37,996 bases of DNA from an uncultured Pseudomonadota bacterium (GCA_902773285.1 CACYDS010000009.1:1-37996); one strand, 5' to 3'; positions 28,243 through 37,912 are shown, counted from the stretch's first letter. The notes: a model not told the origin generated them from the sequence alone. Made by a program: numbers and translations.

Positions 28243-28655
28243 AGCTGATATGGGCAACCGTAATGTTTTTATTGACATTATGGGCTTTGTATGTTTTTGC
28301 AATAGGAATGGATATTCCTGTTGCTTACTATGAAAAAGGCGAGACAATTATGTGTGACGATAAATCAATATAAAGTTGTTGTATTTCCGAAAACCAGTAC
28401 ACTAGGAAATCTCCGCTAAAGACAAATTTGTAAATACGCCGCAGATGATCATTATTTCTTATTTCTGTTTTCAAGTTTTTGTTTATACTAACGCAGTCAA
28501 TTTCTGCGTCATGGATATCTGCTAAAAATACGTTTGTATCTGCTAATTTCGACTTCTAGTCTTCTTCGAACAAAACTTAGCTGGGATTTCTGAATTAATT
28601 TTTTTTAAACTTTCGATTCGATAATCAAGTGTAAGAATTCCTGAAATTATCGTCT

Positions 28656-29462
28656 TTATGTATCTTTTCTCTTTTTCGGTTTTGAGAGTAGGTATACTCC
28701 GATAAGGCAAAGGATAACTATCGCAATTATCATTGTGGCTAATGCATTTATTGCAGGAGACAAACCTATGCGTACGTTGGAGAAAATTAGTATAGGCAAA
28801 GTTGTTGAACCTGGTCCCGTCAGGAAACTGGCTATGACTAAATCATCTAATGAGAATGTAAAGGCCAGTAGCCAGCCGGATAGTATAGCCTTGGAAATTG
28901 CTGGTATCTTGATTTTGAAAAATACCGTAAAAGGTCTCGCCCCAAGATTGAGAGCCGCTTCTTCTAAAGATTTATCAAATGACAAAAGTCTTGCCCGAAC
29001 AGTCATATGAACGTATGCCATCGTCGCCATTATATGACCTATGGCAACCGTCATTACTCCGCGCTCCTTTGGAAATTCGAAGATGGATTCGACACTAATA
29101 AATAACATCAATAACGAAAATCCAACGATTATTTCAGGCATGACAATTGGCACTATGATAGTATTTGTTAAAAAATTTTTCCCAAAATATGTCCCAGTGT
29201 TTGTTGTTGCGACGGCCGCCAATGTTCCTAAAACCACGGCTCCAGAAGCAGATATAAAAGCTATTTTAAAACTAGTCATCATCGCTCTTACTAAATCTTC
29301 ATCTTCTAGTACCTCGTGAAACCATCGCAATGAAAAATTCGTCCAATTCCCTGAAATTTCAGAATCGCTGAATGAACTGATTATGAGAAATAATATCGGA
29401 ATGAATAGAAAAGCGTATCCAAAAATTAACATTGTTATAATAGTTTTTGATACTTTTAGCAT
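28656..29462 (-). CDS. potC: Polyamine-type ABC transporter permease (PotC/PotI-like)
   Basis: 268 aa, 6 TM segments, FSLRWFHEVLEDEDL, and an EAA-loop-like LEEAALNLGARPFTVFFKIKIP. Confidence 0.75.
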   Translation of the reverse strand: MLKVSKTIITMLIFGYAFLFIPILFLIISSFSDSEISGNWTNFSLRWFHEVLEDEDLVRAMMTSFKIAFISASGAVVLGTLAAVATTNTGTYFGKNFLTNTIIVPIVMPEIIVGFSLLMLFISVESIFEFPKERGVMTVAIGHIMATMAYVHMTVRARLLSFDKSLEEAALNLGARPFTVFFKIKIPAISKAILSGWLLAFTFSLDDLVIASFLTGPGSTTLPILIFSNVRIGLSPAINALATMIIAIVILCLIGVYLLSKPKKRKDT

Positions 29463-29463
29463 T

Positions 29464-30594
29464 TTACTCTCCCAGAGAATCGAAATCGTTCATTCTAATT
29501 TGCGACCACACTCGTGTTGCCATTTTGTCCATTCTGATATCATCTGCATTTCTGCTAGGATTTCCCATAATCATTTCGCTCAGCATTCCTTCATCTTGCG
29601 GACATATTTGCATATCGTTCGCAAATTCTTTGTCAAAATACTTACGAGCTTCAGGTATATTGACCAAAATTCCGGTGTTGTTTGTTAGTTTTGCGGCAAT
29701 CTCCGGACGTAGTAAATAATTTATAAATTTATGGGCATTTTTCTTGTGGGGAGCTTTATTCGGAATTCCTATGCAATCTATCCAAAGAATGGCATATCCC
29801 GCAGGAATAGCATATTTAATCTTTTTGTCCAATTTCTTAGCGGATTGTATAGCTCTCCATGCGTTGTCGGAGCATCCGATGGCGACTACAACTTCCCCAG
29901 ATAGTAGGTCTTTTATTAGAGTTGTTGAAGAGAATTTTTTTATATATTTGCGCAATTTCTTGAAGTGTTTCACATATTCCTTTACCTTTTCTGGTGTTTT
30001 AATTGAGCCATTATCCCTCAAATTTAAAAACACCGCCGCTTGGGGAAATATGTCAATGTATTCTTCTGGGAAGCTCACGCCATACTTCGATAATTTTTCG
30101 ATCTTTTCGGGATTTAAAAGCATATCATAAGTAACTTCTTTTGATTCTGGAAATACATTTTGTATCGCTTCCTCATCGTATGCAATACCGATAGTCCCCC
30201 AAAACATCGGAACCATTCTTGTCGTATCTCCTCCTGCTTTTGAAAATTTTTCAGTTATCTTCCCTTGGATGTTTTTCAGATTCGGAATCAAATTGCTATT
30301 CAATTTCGCGTAAACCCCCATAGCGCATTGTCGAGCTGCATAGGGTATGAATGACGGAAAAACAACATCATATCCGCTGTTTGTGGCAAGTAGTTTGGCT
30401 TCAAGTGAATCATTGTTATCGTACACGTCGTATATCACTTTTATTCCAGTTTCTTTTTCAAAATCTTTCAAAATCTCATTGCTTATAATGCCATACCAAC
30501 CGTAAACATTGACCGTCTCTTTTGCATTCTTATCCATTCTTAAGATACATATGACTCCAAGTATCAAGCAACAAATGATGATACTTTTTCTCAT
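29464..30594 (-). CDS. potD: Spermidine/putrescine-type ABC substrate-binding protein (PotD/PotF-like)
   Basis: Signal peptide, then VNVYGWYGIISNEILKDFEKETGIKVIYDVYDNNDSLEAKL, which is the PotD/PotF N-lobe pattern. Confidence 0.75.
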   Translation of the reverse strand: MRKSIIICCLILGVICILRMDKNAKETVNVYGWYGIISNEILKDFEKETGIKVIYDVYDNNDSLEAKLLATNSGYDVVFPSFIPYAARQCAMGVYAKLNSNLIPNLKNIQGKITEKFSKAGGDTTRMVPMFWGTIGIAYDEEAIQNVFPESKEVTYDMLLNPEKIEKLSKYGVSFPEEYIDIFPQAAVFLNLRDNGSIKTPEKVKEYVKHFKKLRKYIKKFSSTTLIKDLLSGEVVVAIGCSDNAWRAIQSAKKLDKKIKYAIPAGYAILWIDCIGIPNKAPHKKNAHKFINYLLRPEIAAKLTNNTGILVNIPEARKYFDKEFANDMQICPQDEGMLSEMIMGNPSRNADDIRMDKMATRVWSQIRMNDFDSLGE

Positions 30595-31649
30595 AGTTTC
30601 TTTCCTTCCTTGCGTTTGTCATACCAACGTTGCATGAATCTTTCACTGAAGAAAGCTACAATTATCACGAGCCCAATACACATAAATGTATATGTTATGT
30701 AATTTCCTTCAACCATTCTTCCAAGAAGCGATTGAGATAATTCAACCTTGAAATTATATGAATTTGCAAATGAATGGTGCACCATATTGTATATTTGTCT
30801 CATAGCCATAACAAAAACAACTACGGCTCCAAGTGCATATACGCAATATCGCTCTATTTTGTATGTCAACTTTACTCCAATCCATGAGCCAATTGAGGCC
30901 CCTATAAATAGCAGCATAACAAACATTACATCACAACAGTATTCACTTGCCGAATATACAAGTGCAATTACGGCAGTAATTACGCACCCAGCCAGAGCAG
31001 TAGTTCCATATACAACCGGACTAATTCGAGCTATCAAATAAGTGATTATCGGAGCCATAAAAAGATTGTTTCCACCTCCCAATGAAGATACTAGAAGCCC
31101 TGCCAAAAAACCGACAAAAATTGGAATTAAAATGCTCATTTCGGCACGAGATCGGATGAAAATTTTATGAAATGGAAGATATAGCATCCATCTTCTCATA
31201 GAAACGCTCTTTTTATATTTTATTGTGTCGCCATGTTTCCATGCGCGAAAACTTTGAAACAACATGATTATTCCAAAAATGATTAGGATAAAAATGTAAA
31301 CATAGACGAATTTATTAAAAGCAAATTTTGAGTTTGAGGAATTTTTCAGTATCAGCCATTCAAAAAAAGCCCCAAACATTCCCCCTAAGAGAAGGTATGT
31401 GGCCAAATGAAAATCAACATCCATTTTTCGTTTGTAAGCCAAGAAATTTGTTAAATTTGTGCCAACGGCATGACAAAGTTGGGTAGATACGGCAATCATA
31501 GGTGGAATCCCAAGTTCCATCAGGATTGGTGTTATTATTACTCCACAGCCAAGCCCCAAGAATCCAGACACAAAACCTCCTAGTAGCCCAGTGCAAAGTA
31601 TCAGCAATGGATCAAGAAACATACCGGTGATTGGGAAAAATACATTCAT
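30591..31649 (-). CDS. TSUP (TauE/SafE, DUF81) family membrane transporter
   Basis: 352-aa polytopic protein with two GG..G-rich repeats (LLGGFVSGFLGLGCGVI / LAGLLVSSLGGGNNLF). Its stop overlaps the potD-like ATG (ATGA). Confidence 0.75.
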   Translation of the reverse strand: MNVFFPITGMFLDPLLILCTGLLGGFVSGFLGLGCGVIITPILMELGIPPMIAVSTQLCHAVGTNLTNFLAYKRKMDVDFHLATYLLLGGMFGAFFEWLILKNSSNSKFAFNKFVYVYIFILIIFGIIMLFQSFRAWKHGDTIKYKKSVSMRRWMLYLPFHKIFIRSRAEMSILIPIFVGFLAGLLVSSLGGGNNLFMAPIITYLIARISPVVYGTTALAGCVITAVIALVYSASEYCCDVMFVMLLFIGASIGSWIGVKLTYKIERYCVYALGAVVVFVMAMRQIYNMVHHSFANSYNFKVELSQSLLGRMVEGNYITYTFMCIGLVIIVAFFSERFMQRWYDKRKEGKKL

Positions 31650-31783
31650 AACTCTGAAAAATTATCTCCAATCAAAAGTACGCCAGACCAACATGATATC
31701 ATGAACACGAGATTTGCGTAGTAAAAATTTAGAGACACTGTGTTCATGAACATTACACTAGGTGATAGTGAGGTAAAAAGCAT

Positions 31784-32638
31784 ATGGATGGTTTTCTGAT
31801 CATCGACAAGCCAGAAGGAAGGTCTTCGGCTTTCGTCGATTTTGTTATAAAAAAATGTCTTAAAGCAGAGAAAGTTGGACATATAGGGACGTTGGATCCG
31901 TTTGCCACTGGAGTTTTAGCTGTCGCAATAAATGGTGGGACAAAAGCTATTCCATATATCAATACTAAAAGAAAGGTTTATGAATTTGAAATAACTTTTG
32001 GCTCCCAAACAGATACTTCCGATAAAACAGGGAAAGTTATTAAAGTTTCAAATAAAATACCAACTGTATCTGAAATAGAAGGGGTTTTGCCTCAATTTAT
32101 TGGCGAGATATCCCAAGTGCCCAGTATTTTTTCCGCAATAAAGGTTAATGGTAAACGGGCATATGAATTGGCGCGAAGAGGCGAAGTGCCGGATATGAAA
32201 CCACGAAAAGTCACGATTTATAGCATTGAATTGATAGGGAAAAGCAAATTTAAGGCGGAGGTTTCGCCTGGAACATACATCAGAACTCTGACTGAGGATA
32301 TAGCCAAAGCGCTTGGAACTGTGGGGCATACGTCATCTATAAGGCGTACCACGGATGGTAAATTTTCTAATGGGCAAAGTATCACACTTGAAAATCTGGT
32401 GGAAATTAAAGATAATCTAAGCAGCGTGTTGATTTCGCTCGAGAATGTACTGGACGACATCCCTGTTATTCCCGTTTCGTGTCAAGATGCTGAAAATCTG
32501 ATGCTGGGAAGGTGTATTTATACTGCTTTCGTTGGTGAAACTGGGCAGTACCTAGCTTCTGCGGCGAATGGTTTTTTGGAAGTTGTAGAATTTTCGGGTG
32601 GCAAAATAAGCCCGAAAAAATTGTTGAGGTCTTTTTAG
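31784..32638 (+). CDS. truB: tRNA pseudouridine(55) synthase
   Basis: GFLIIDKPEGRSSAFV...KVGHIGTLDPFATGVLAVAING carries the catalytic Asp motif. Confidence 0.93.
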   Translation: MDGFLIIDKPEGRSSAFVDFVIKKCLKAEKVGHIGTLDPFATGVLAVAINGGTKAIPYINTKRKVYEFEITFGSQTDTSDKTGKVIKVSNKIPTVSEIEGVLPQFIGEISQVPSIFSAIKVNGKRAYELARRGEVPDMKPRKVTIYSIELIGKSKFKAEVSPGTYIRTLTEDIAKALGTVGHTSSIRRTTDGKFSNGQSITLENLVEIKDNLSSVLISLENVLDDIPVIPVSCQDAENLMLGRCIYTAFVGETGQYLASAANGFLEVVEFSGGKISPKKLLRSF

Positions 32639-32653
32639 AAAAAGGAGAGCAAG

Positions 32654-32923
32654 ATGTCGATAATGGCAGAGAAAAAGCAAGAATTAATCAAGGATTATGC
32701 AATTCATGACGGTGATGTTGGGTCGCCCGAGGTGCAAGTTGCGATTCTGACTGAACGAATCAAAAATTTGACAGAGCATATGAGTCTGCATAAGAAAGAT
32801 TTTCACACTAGGCGGGGATTACTCATTATGGTAGGGAAGCGCCGTCGTTTGTTGGATTATCTCAAGAGAGTCGATGAGAAAAGATATCAAAAACTCATTG
32901 AGCGTTTAGAGTTGCGTAAATAA
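32654..32923 (+). CDS. rpsO: 30S ribosomal protein S15
   Basis: 89 aa. [51 protein letters not shown]. Confidence 0.95.
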   Translation: MSIMAEKKQELIKDYAIHDGDVGSPEVQVAILTERIKNLTEHMSLHKKDFHTRRGLLIMVGKRRRLLDYLKRVDEKRYQKLIERLELRK

Positions 32924-32948
32924 ACGTCAGAAATAGAGGAATTCAGCA

Positions 32949-33917
32949 GTGAAGAATGTTTTTGTTTTCCCGGGGCAGGGTTCTCAAAAAGTTGGTATGG
33001 CATCGGCCTTTATAAATGGCTATAGAACTGGTATGGAAACGATGCAGGAGATCGAAGATGCTATTTCTCTCAAGCTGTCGGATTTGATCGAGAACGGCAC
33101 TATGGATGAATTGACAAAAGCCGAAAATGCTCAGCCTGCGATTTTTGCTGTCGGTATGATGTGTGTCAGAATTCTGGAAAATGAATACGGTTATTCTCTT
33201 GCGAGAAGGTGCAAATATTTAGCTGGTCATTCATTAGGTGAATATACTGCATTATGTGCATCTGGCGTGTTTTCACTAAGCGATGCAGCGAAGTTGGTAA
33301 GATGCAGAGGTGAGCTGATGTCTCGCGCTTTCCCAGATAGCGAAAATTATTCGATGGTTGCGCTCATTGGACTTTGTGCTGATGATATTGAAAAGGAAAT
33401 CAACGAGTATAGCACCGGCGGCAATGTTTGCGTTATCGCTAATGATAATTCTGATACACAGGTCGTAATAAGTGGGCATAGAAACGCTGTGAATGAATTT
33501 ATTGAAAAAATAAAATCAATGCCTGGCTTTAAAAAAGCTATGGCATTGCAAACTAGCGGAGCGTTTCATAGCCCATTGATGGCGCCTGTTGCCATAGAAT
33601 TTGATAAGATGCTGGCGTCAGGTTTTGAGACCCGTGGTTTTACTATACCCGTAATTATGAATGTTACCGCTCAACCATTGAGCGATACCGATGCAGTGAA
33701 GACGAAGATGATAAATCAAATCGTTGGCAGGGTCAGGTGGCGAGAAACTATGAAATACATAGCGAGTGATACAGAAATAGCCAAGGTTGTCGAAGTAGCA
33801 CCAGGAAAGGTTCTTTCTAATATGCTGAAAAGATCTAATCCAGAAATGGGTACGTGCACTTTAGAAACAGTTGCACAGATTGAGGAGTTTATAAAAGCAG
33901 AGGAGGCAGAGGATTAA
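32949..33917 (+). CDS. fabD: Malonyl-CoA-ACP transacylase
   Basis: GTG start. FVFPGQGSQKVGM and the GHSLGEY active-site motif are present. Confidence 0.93.
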   Translation: MKNVFVFPGQGSQKVGMASAFINGYRTGMETMQEIEDAISLKLSDLIENGTMDELTKAENAQPAIFAVGMMCVRILENEYGYSLARRCKYLAGHSLGEYTALCASGVFSLSDAAKLVRCRGELMSRAFPDSENYSMVALIGLCADDIEKEINEYSTGGNVCVIANDNSDTQVVISGHRNAVNEFIEKIKSMPGFKKAMALQTSGAFHSPLMAPVAIEFDKMLASGFETRGFTIPVIMNVTAQPLSDTDAVKTKMINQIVGRVRWRETMKYIASDTEIAKVVEVAPGKVLSNMLKRSNPEMGTCTLETVAQIEEFIKAEEAED

Positions 33918-33918
33918 A

Positions 33919-34671
33919 ATGTTATTTTCACTAGAAGGTTTAAACGCTATGATAACCGGTGGCGCTGGGGCTATCGGCAGAAAGACTGCTACAGAAATGG
34001 CCAAGCAAGGTGCAAATGTAGTTATAGCAGATGTCCGGCAGGATGCATTGGAAACAGCAAAGAAAGAGATAAAAGATGCATCAGGTAAAGATGTCACAAT
34101 AATGAACTGCGATTTGCTTGATGTTGATAATACTCGAGCGCTATTCGCTAGGGCAGAAGAACAGACTGGACGGATTGATATTTTGGTCAACAATGCGGGA
34201 ATAGATCGCGATAAGTTGCTGATGAAGATGACTGAAGATGATTTCGAGATAGTGCTAGATGTGAACTTAAGAGCAGCGTTTACGCTCACTAAATCGGCAG
34301 TAATGGCTATGTCAAAGCGAAAATTTGGTCGCATTATCGGCATATCCTCTGTTGTTGGATTTACAGGAAATCCAGGGCAGGCAAATTATTGCGCAAGTAA
34401 GGCTGCGCTTGTTGGATTGTCGAAGGCGGTCGCATTAGAGTATGCAAAACGAGGAATCACGGTTAACTGCATAGCACCAGGCGCTATAAAAACCCCGATG
34501 ATTGATGCGGTAAGCGACGAAGCTCGTGAGAAATTTCTGGCAAAAATTCCGCTTGGATATATGGCAGATCCGGTTGAGATTGCTTATGCCGTGTGCTTCT
34601 TGGCATCCCGCGAGGCTTCATATATCACCGGCCAAACGCTGCATGTCAACGGTGGTATGTATATGGGGTGA
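33919..34671 (+). CDS. fabG: 3-oxoacyl-ACP reductase
   Basis: SDR with GGAGAIG, NNAGI and YCASKAA (YxxxK) motifs. It starts 1 nt after fabD. Confidence 0.85.
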   Translation: MLFSLEGLNAMITGGAGAIGRKTATEMAKQGANVVIADVRQDALETAKKEIKDASGKDVTIMNCDLLDVDNTRALFARAEEQTGRIDILVNNAGIDRDKLLMKMTEDDFEIVLDVNLRAAFTLTKSAVMAMSKRKFGRIIGISSVVGFTGNPGQANYCASKAALVGLSKAVALEYAKRGITVNCIAPGAIKTPMIDAVSDEAREKFLAKIPLGYMADPVEIAYAVCFLASREASYITGQTLHVNGGMYMG

Positions 34672-34674
34672 CAC

Positions 34675-35568
34675 ATGAATGATGTCGTCATTATAGGCTC
34701 GGGTATGGCTGGGTTAACAGCAGCTATATATTTGACACGCTCAGGAGTTGTGCCGGTTGTGATTTGTGGAGATACTCCGGGCGGACAGTTGATGCAAACA
34801 GATAATGTGGAAAATTACCCGGGGTTTGCGTCAATAAATGGCGCTGAACTTATGATAAAGACAATGAACCAAGCAGAAAAACTTGGAGCTAAGATGATCT
34901 ATGAAACTGTGACGCAAATACAAAGTGCAGGGAATGGTTTTGAAATTGATGTTACTTCAGGGGATCAACTGCGGGCAAAAACTATTTTAATCGCAACCGG
35001 AGCAACTCATAAGCGCTTAGGCTGCAAAGGGGAAGCTGAATTTACAAACAAAGGCGTATCTTGGTGCGCGACTTGTGATGGCGCACTGAGTAAGGGAAAG
35101 CCTATCGCCGTTATTGGCGGCGGAAATACCGCAGTAATGGAGGCGCTGTTTTTGTCGAATATTGCTTCTAAAGTTTACTTAATACATCGAAGAGACACAC
35201 TGCGCGCAGACGAAATAATGCAAAGGCGTATATTAGCAAAGTCTAATGTAGAATGTGTATGGAACGCTACTGTAGACGAAATTATAGGGGACACAAATGT
35301 TACAGCAATCAAGCTAAATTCTGGAAAAATCATCGATGTTGTCGCGGTGTTTATTGCGATAGGTGTAACGCCTGCAACTGACTTTGTCGAAAATTTGGTT
35401 TCCTTGGATAAAGACGGATATATCGCTTCAAATGAAACAAAAACTTCAGTGCCTGGAATTTTTGTTGCTGGAGACGTTGAAAATTGCTTAACTAAACAAG
35501 CGGTCTATGCTGCTGGACGAGGATGTTTGGCAGCACAACAAATTGAACGATATTTGGGCATAAGATAA
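34675..35568 (+). CDS. trxB: Thioredoxin-disulfide reductase
   Basis: GSGMAGLTAA FAD motif, redox-active CATCDG, and the GGGNTAVMEAL NADPH motif. Confidence 0.9.
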   Translation: MNDVVIIGSGMAGLTAAIYLTRSGVVPVVICGDTPGGQLMQTDNVENYPGFASINGAELMIKTMNQAEKLGAKMIYETVTQIQSAGNGFEIDVTSGDQLRAKTILIATGATHKRLGCKGEAEFTNKGVSWCATCDGALSKGKPIAVIGGGNTAVMEALFLSNIASKVYLIHRRDTLRADEIMQRRILAKSNVECVWNATVDEIIGDTNVTAIKLNSGKIIDVVAVFIAIGVTPATDFVENLVSLDKDGYIASNETKTSVPGIFVAGDVENCLTKQAVYAAGRGCLAAQQIERYLGIR

Positions 35569-36657
35569 ATGACGCCACAAGAACAAAAGAATATCGAAAC
35601 GATAAAAAATTCGATAGATTTAATTAAGAACTTTATAAAATTTGATGAAATAAGTGCAAAGATATCTGAATTGGAACGACAGATAGAAGCCCCGGATTTT
35701 TGGGGTAATACTGAGAATGCGATTAGGGTAACGAAGGAAAAGGACAGTATATCTGAAAAAATCGAACCAGTGAAGAATTTGGAATGCAGACTGGACGATT
35801 TAACAGGGCTAATTGAATTAGCTGAGATTGAAAACGATGACGCAATGCTTCTGGAATTATCTGGGAATCTTGACACGTTAGCTAAAGAAGCTGAGACATT
35901 GCAGATTGAGTCACTATTAAGCGCTCCGCATGATTCTGCAAATTGTTTCCTTGAAATTAATGCTGGAGCGGGAGGGACAGAGGCGCAAGATTGGGCAGAG
36001 ATGCTCGCACGAATGTATACAAGGTGGGCAGAGAAGCGCCGATATAAGTATGAAATCACAGATAAAAACGATGGCGAAGAGGCAGGAGTTAAGTCAATTA
36101 CAATTCACATAAAAGGACAAAAAGCCTATGGATGGCTCAAAAAAGAGTCAGGAGTGCATAGACTTGTCAGGATATCTCCATTTGATTCGAATGCACGTCG
36201 ACATACCAGTTTTGCCTCAGTTTTTGTTACACCAGAAGTTGATAATTCGATCGAAATTGAGATAAACGATGCGGATTTGCGCATTGATGTATACCGCTCT
36301 TCAGGCGCAGGTGGGCAACATGTGAATAAAACCGAAAGCGCTGTTCGGATAACTCATATTCCAACCGGAATTGTTACAGCGTCGCAGATCGACCGCTCTC
36401 AACACCGTAATCGCGAAATCGCAATGAGTATGCTGAAATCGAAGTTATACGCTCTGAAGTTAAAAGAACAGGAAGATGCAATCAGCGCGTCACAGAACAA
36501 AACAGATATAGCATGGGGGAATCAAATACGTTCATATGTCTTACAACCATATCAACTTGTCAAAGATACCAGAACCGGCACAGAAACTGGTAATGCTCCT
36601 GCTGTTCTGGACGGCGATATTGACGCTTTTCTAGAATCCGCTATCGCAAAACTGTAA
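35569..36657 (+). CDS. prfB: Peptide chain release factor 2, encoded in one uninterrupted frame
   Basis: SPF tripeptide (RISPFDS), GGQ (SGAGGQHVNKTES), and 362 aa colinear with E. coli RF2 from the N-terminus. The ATG directly abuts the trxB TAA. Confidence 0.95.
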   Translation: MTPQEQKNIETIKNSIDLIKNFIKFDEISAKISELERQIEAPDFWGNTENAIRVTKEKDSISEKIEPVKNLECRLDDLTGLIELAEIENDDAMLLELSGNLDTLAKEAETLQIESLLSAPHDSANCFLEINAGAGGTEAQDWAEMLARMYTRWAEKRRYKYEITDKNDGEEAGVKSITIHIKGQKAYGWLKKESGVHRLVRISPFDSNARRHTSFASVFVTPEVDNSIEIEINDADLRIDVYRSSGAGGQHVNKTESAVRITHIPTGIVTASQIDRSQHRNREIAMSMLKSKLYALKLKEQEDAISASQNKTDIAWGNQIRSYVLQPYQLVKDTRTGTETGNAPAVLDGDIDAFLESAIAKL

Positions 36658-36660
36658 ATT

Positions 36661-37728
36661 CTACCTAATATACGTCACATAACACCAGCTCGTGTCGTAT
36701 GCATAACGAAATTTTAAACCAGAAAAAAGCGCTTCTACCGGATTGCTAATTCGTTCGGCAACAAGCATCCATCTCACTTTTTCTTCTTCGCTTGTTTTGT
36801 TGTAACAACTTACAGAGTCGCTCTGAATTTGACACAATCGGTAGCCATCTCCACAAATATTAAATTCATAATCATAGATATTATGTGCCATATGTTCCTC
36901 TTTTATTCTTATCCAATCATATTTGGTAATATCAGATCCGATTGCTTTCATGGATATACTGTACACGACTTTTCTACTCTTCAGCTTCAATAAAGGAGCT
37001 TTTGTCCCAGAAATTTTAGGTTCAAAATCGATGCGAACGAACCCAACAGGCATCCATGCATAATATGCCGGATTTTTCGCCTGCTCTTGTATCAGGGCAT
37101 CTATGGATTTTCCTTTCGTTTCTTCGTAACACCGATAAAATCTGGTCATTTCATCAGATAAAGACAGCGCTTTATCATAGGCTTTTATATTGCTAATAGC
37201 ATTTGTTACTTTTCTTGTAATATAATATACTCCTTCTGCAAGATAATGGGCACAAATTCTAGATTTTACTGTATTAAAAATTTTGTTCTTTTTGTCTTCA
37301 AATATTTCGTACCCGTCGCCTACTTCGCCATTTAAGTAACTATGCTTAAGTACATGCAGATAGTTGTACAGTACAACAGCATTCCAGTGCTTTTGTTTAT
37401 AGTCTCTTGCATTAGCATTAAATGTTATAACATCTCCTGCATTTTTCCTCGCAAACTCGTTCTTGTCTGTAACACAATCCGCAACTGCCTGTGCTATTAC
37501 TTTTATTATTGATTCGTTATATTTTGTTTGTGTTATCCAATTGTTATTATTATCCGCATCGGCAATTTTATGGTTTGCAAGAATTCGCCAACTTATATTG
37601 TTAAACAGATTTATTATTTCAGACAGGTCGTCACATCCAGCTCGGGCACAACAGCAAAATAATGATACTATTAAATATAACTTGCAAAACTTCCTTATCT
37701 CATTTTTTACTAAAACTGTAATTTTCAT
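36661..37728 (-). CDS. Hypothetical secreted protein sharing an N-terminal module with the USP-like protein
   Basis: 355 aa. There is a signal-peptide-like N-terminus (KLYLIVSLFCCCARA|GC). NNNNWITQTKYNESI...DC...KHWNAVVLYNYL parallels NKNCWVFEGKYKSSI...DIC...ANWNYVVLMNLL in the 18800-20455 product. The C-terminal half was not recognised. Confidence 0.6.
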   Translation of the reverse strand: MKITVLVKNEIRKFCKLYLIVSLFCCCARAGCDDLSEIINLFNNISWRILANHKIADADNNNNWITQTKYNESIIKVIAQAVADCVTDKNEFARKNAGDVITFNANARDYKQKHWNAVVLYNYLHVLKHSYLNGEVGDGYEIFEDKKNKIFNTVKSRICAHYLAEGVYYITRKVTNAISNIKAYDKALSLSDEMTRFYRCYEETKGKSIDALIQEQAKNPAYYAWMPVGFVRIDFEPKISGTKAPLLKLKSRKVVYSISMKAIGSDITKYDWIRIKEEHMAHNIYDYEFNICGDGYRLCQIQSDSVSCYNKTSEEEKVRWMLVAERISNPVEALFSGLKFRYAYDTSWCYVTYIR

Positions 37729-37912
37729 TTTGTTCCTTATAAAACATCAGATTCCATGTCTACTATCAATAGTATAGTATTTTTCGGTATGCCTCAATAT
37801 ATATTTATATTCCCAATATTATAAAAACATCCTCGGAATTGTGTTAGTTCACATATGGATTAAGCAAAACAACCGCATATTTTGCAAGCTATTCCAGCTG
37901 TAGCTTCTTTTA

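Noticed and set aside
28263-28373. 36-aa ORF downstream of pth (MFLLTLWALYVFAIGMDIPVAYYEKGETIMCDDKSI) resembling a one-TM mini-protein
   Set aside because: It has no clear RBS and is too short to support by sequence alone. It might be real but cannot be supported here.
28390-28655. Start-less minus-strand open frame (...KSKLADTNVFLADIHDAEIDCVSINKNL...) downstream of the potC-like gene, considered as a PotA/PotB remnant
   Set aside because: No Walker, ABC-signature or permease-like motifs were recognisable, so I cannot call it a pseudogene by eye.
31646-31962. Two small minus-strand ORFs (78 and 69 aa) in or overlapping the TSUP-truB divergent region
   Set aside because: One overlaps the truB 5' end in antisense. 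Neither has an RBS or motif support. The region is better explained as divergent promoters.
33861-34343. 160-aa minus-strand ORF, and a similar 184-aa ORF at 35505-36059
   Set aside because: They are antisense to fabG and to trxB/prfB respectively. Their Ser/Ala/Ile-rich translations are typical of the opposite strand of real genes.
35569-35700. Search for the RF2 CTT-TGA-C programmed frameshift cassette
   Set aside because: It is not present. The frame is continuous from the ATG at 35569. This is reported as a finding, not as a frameshift feature.
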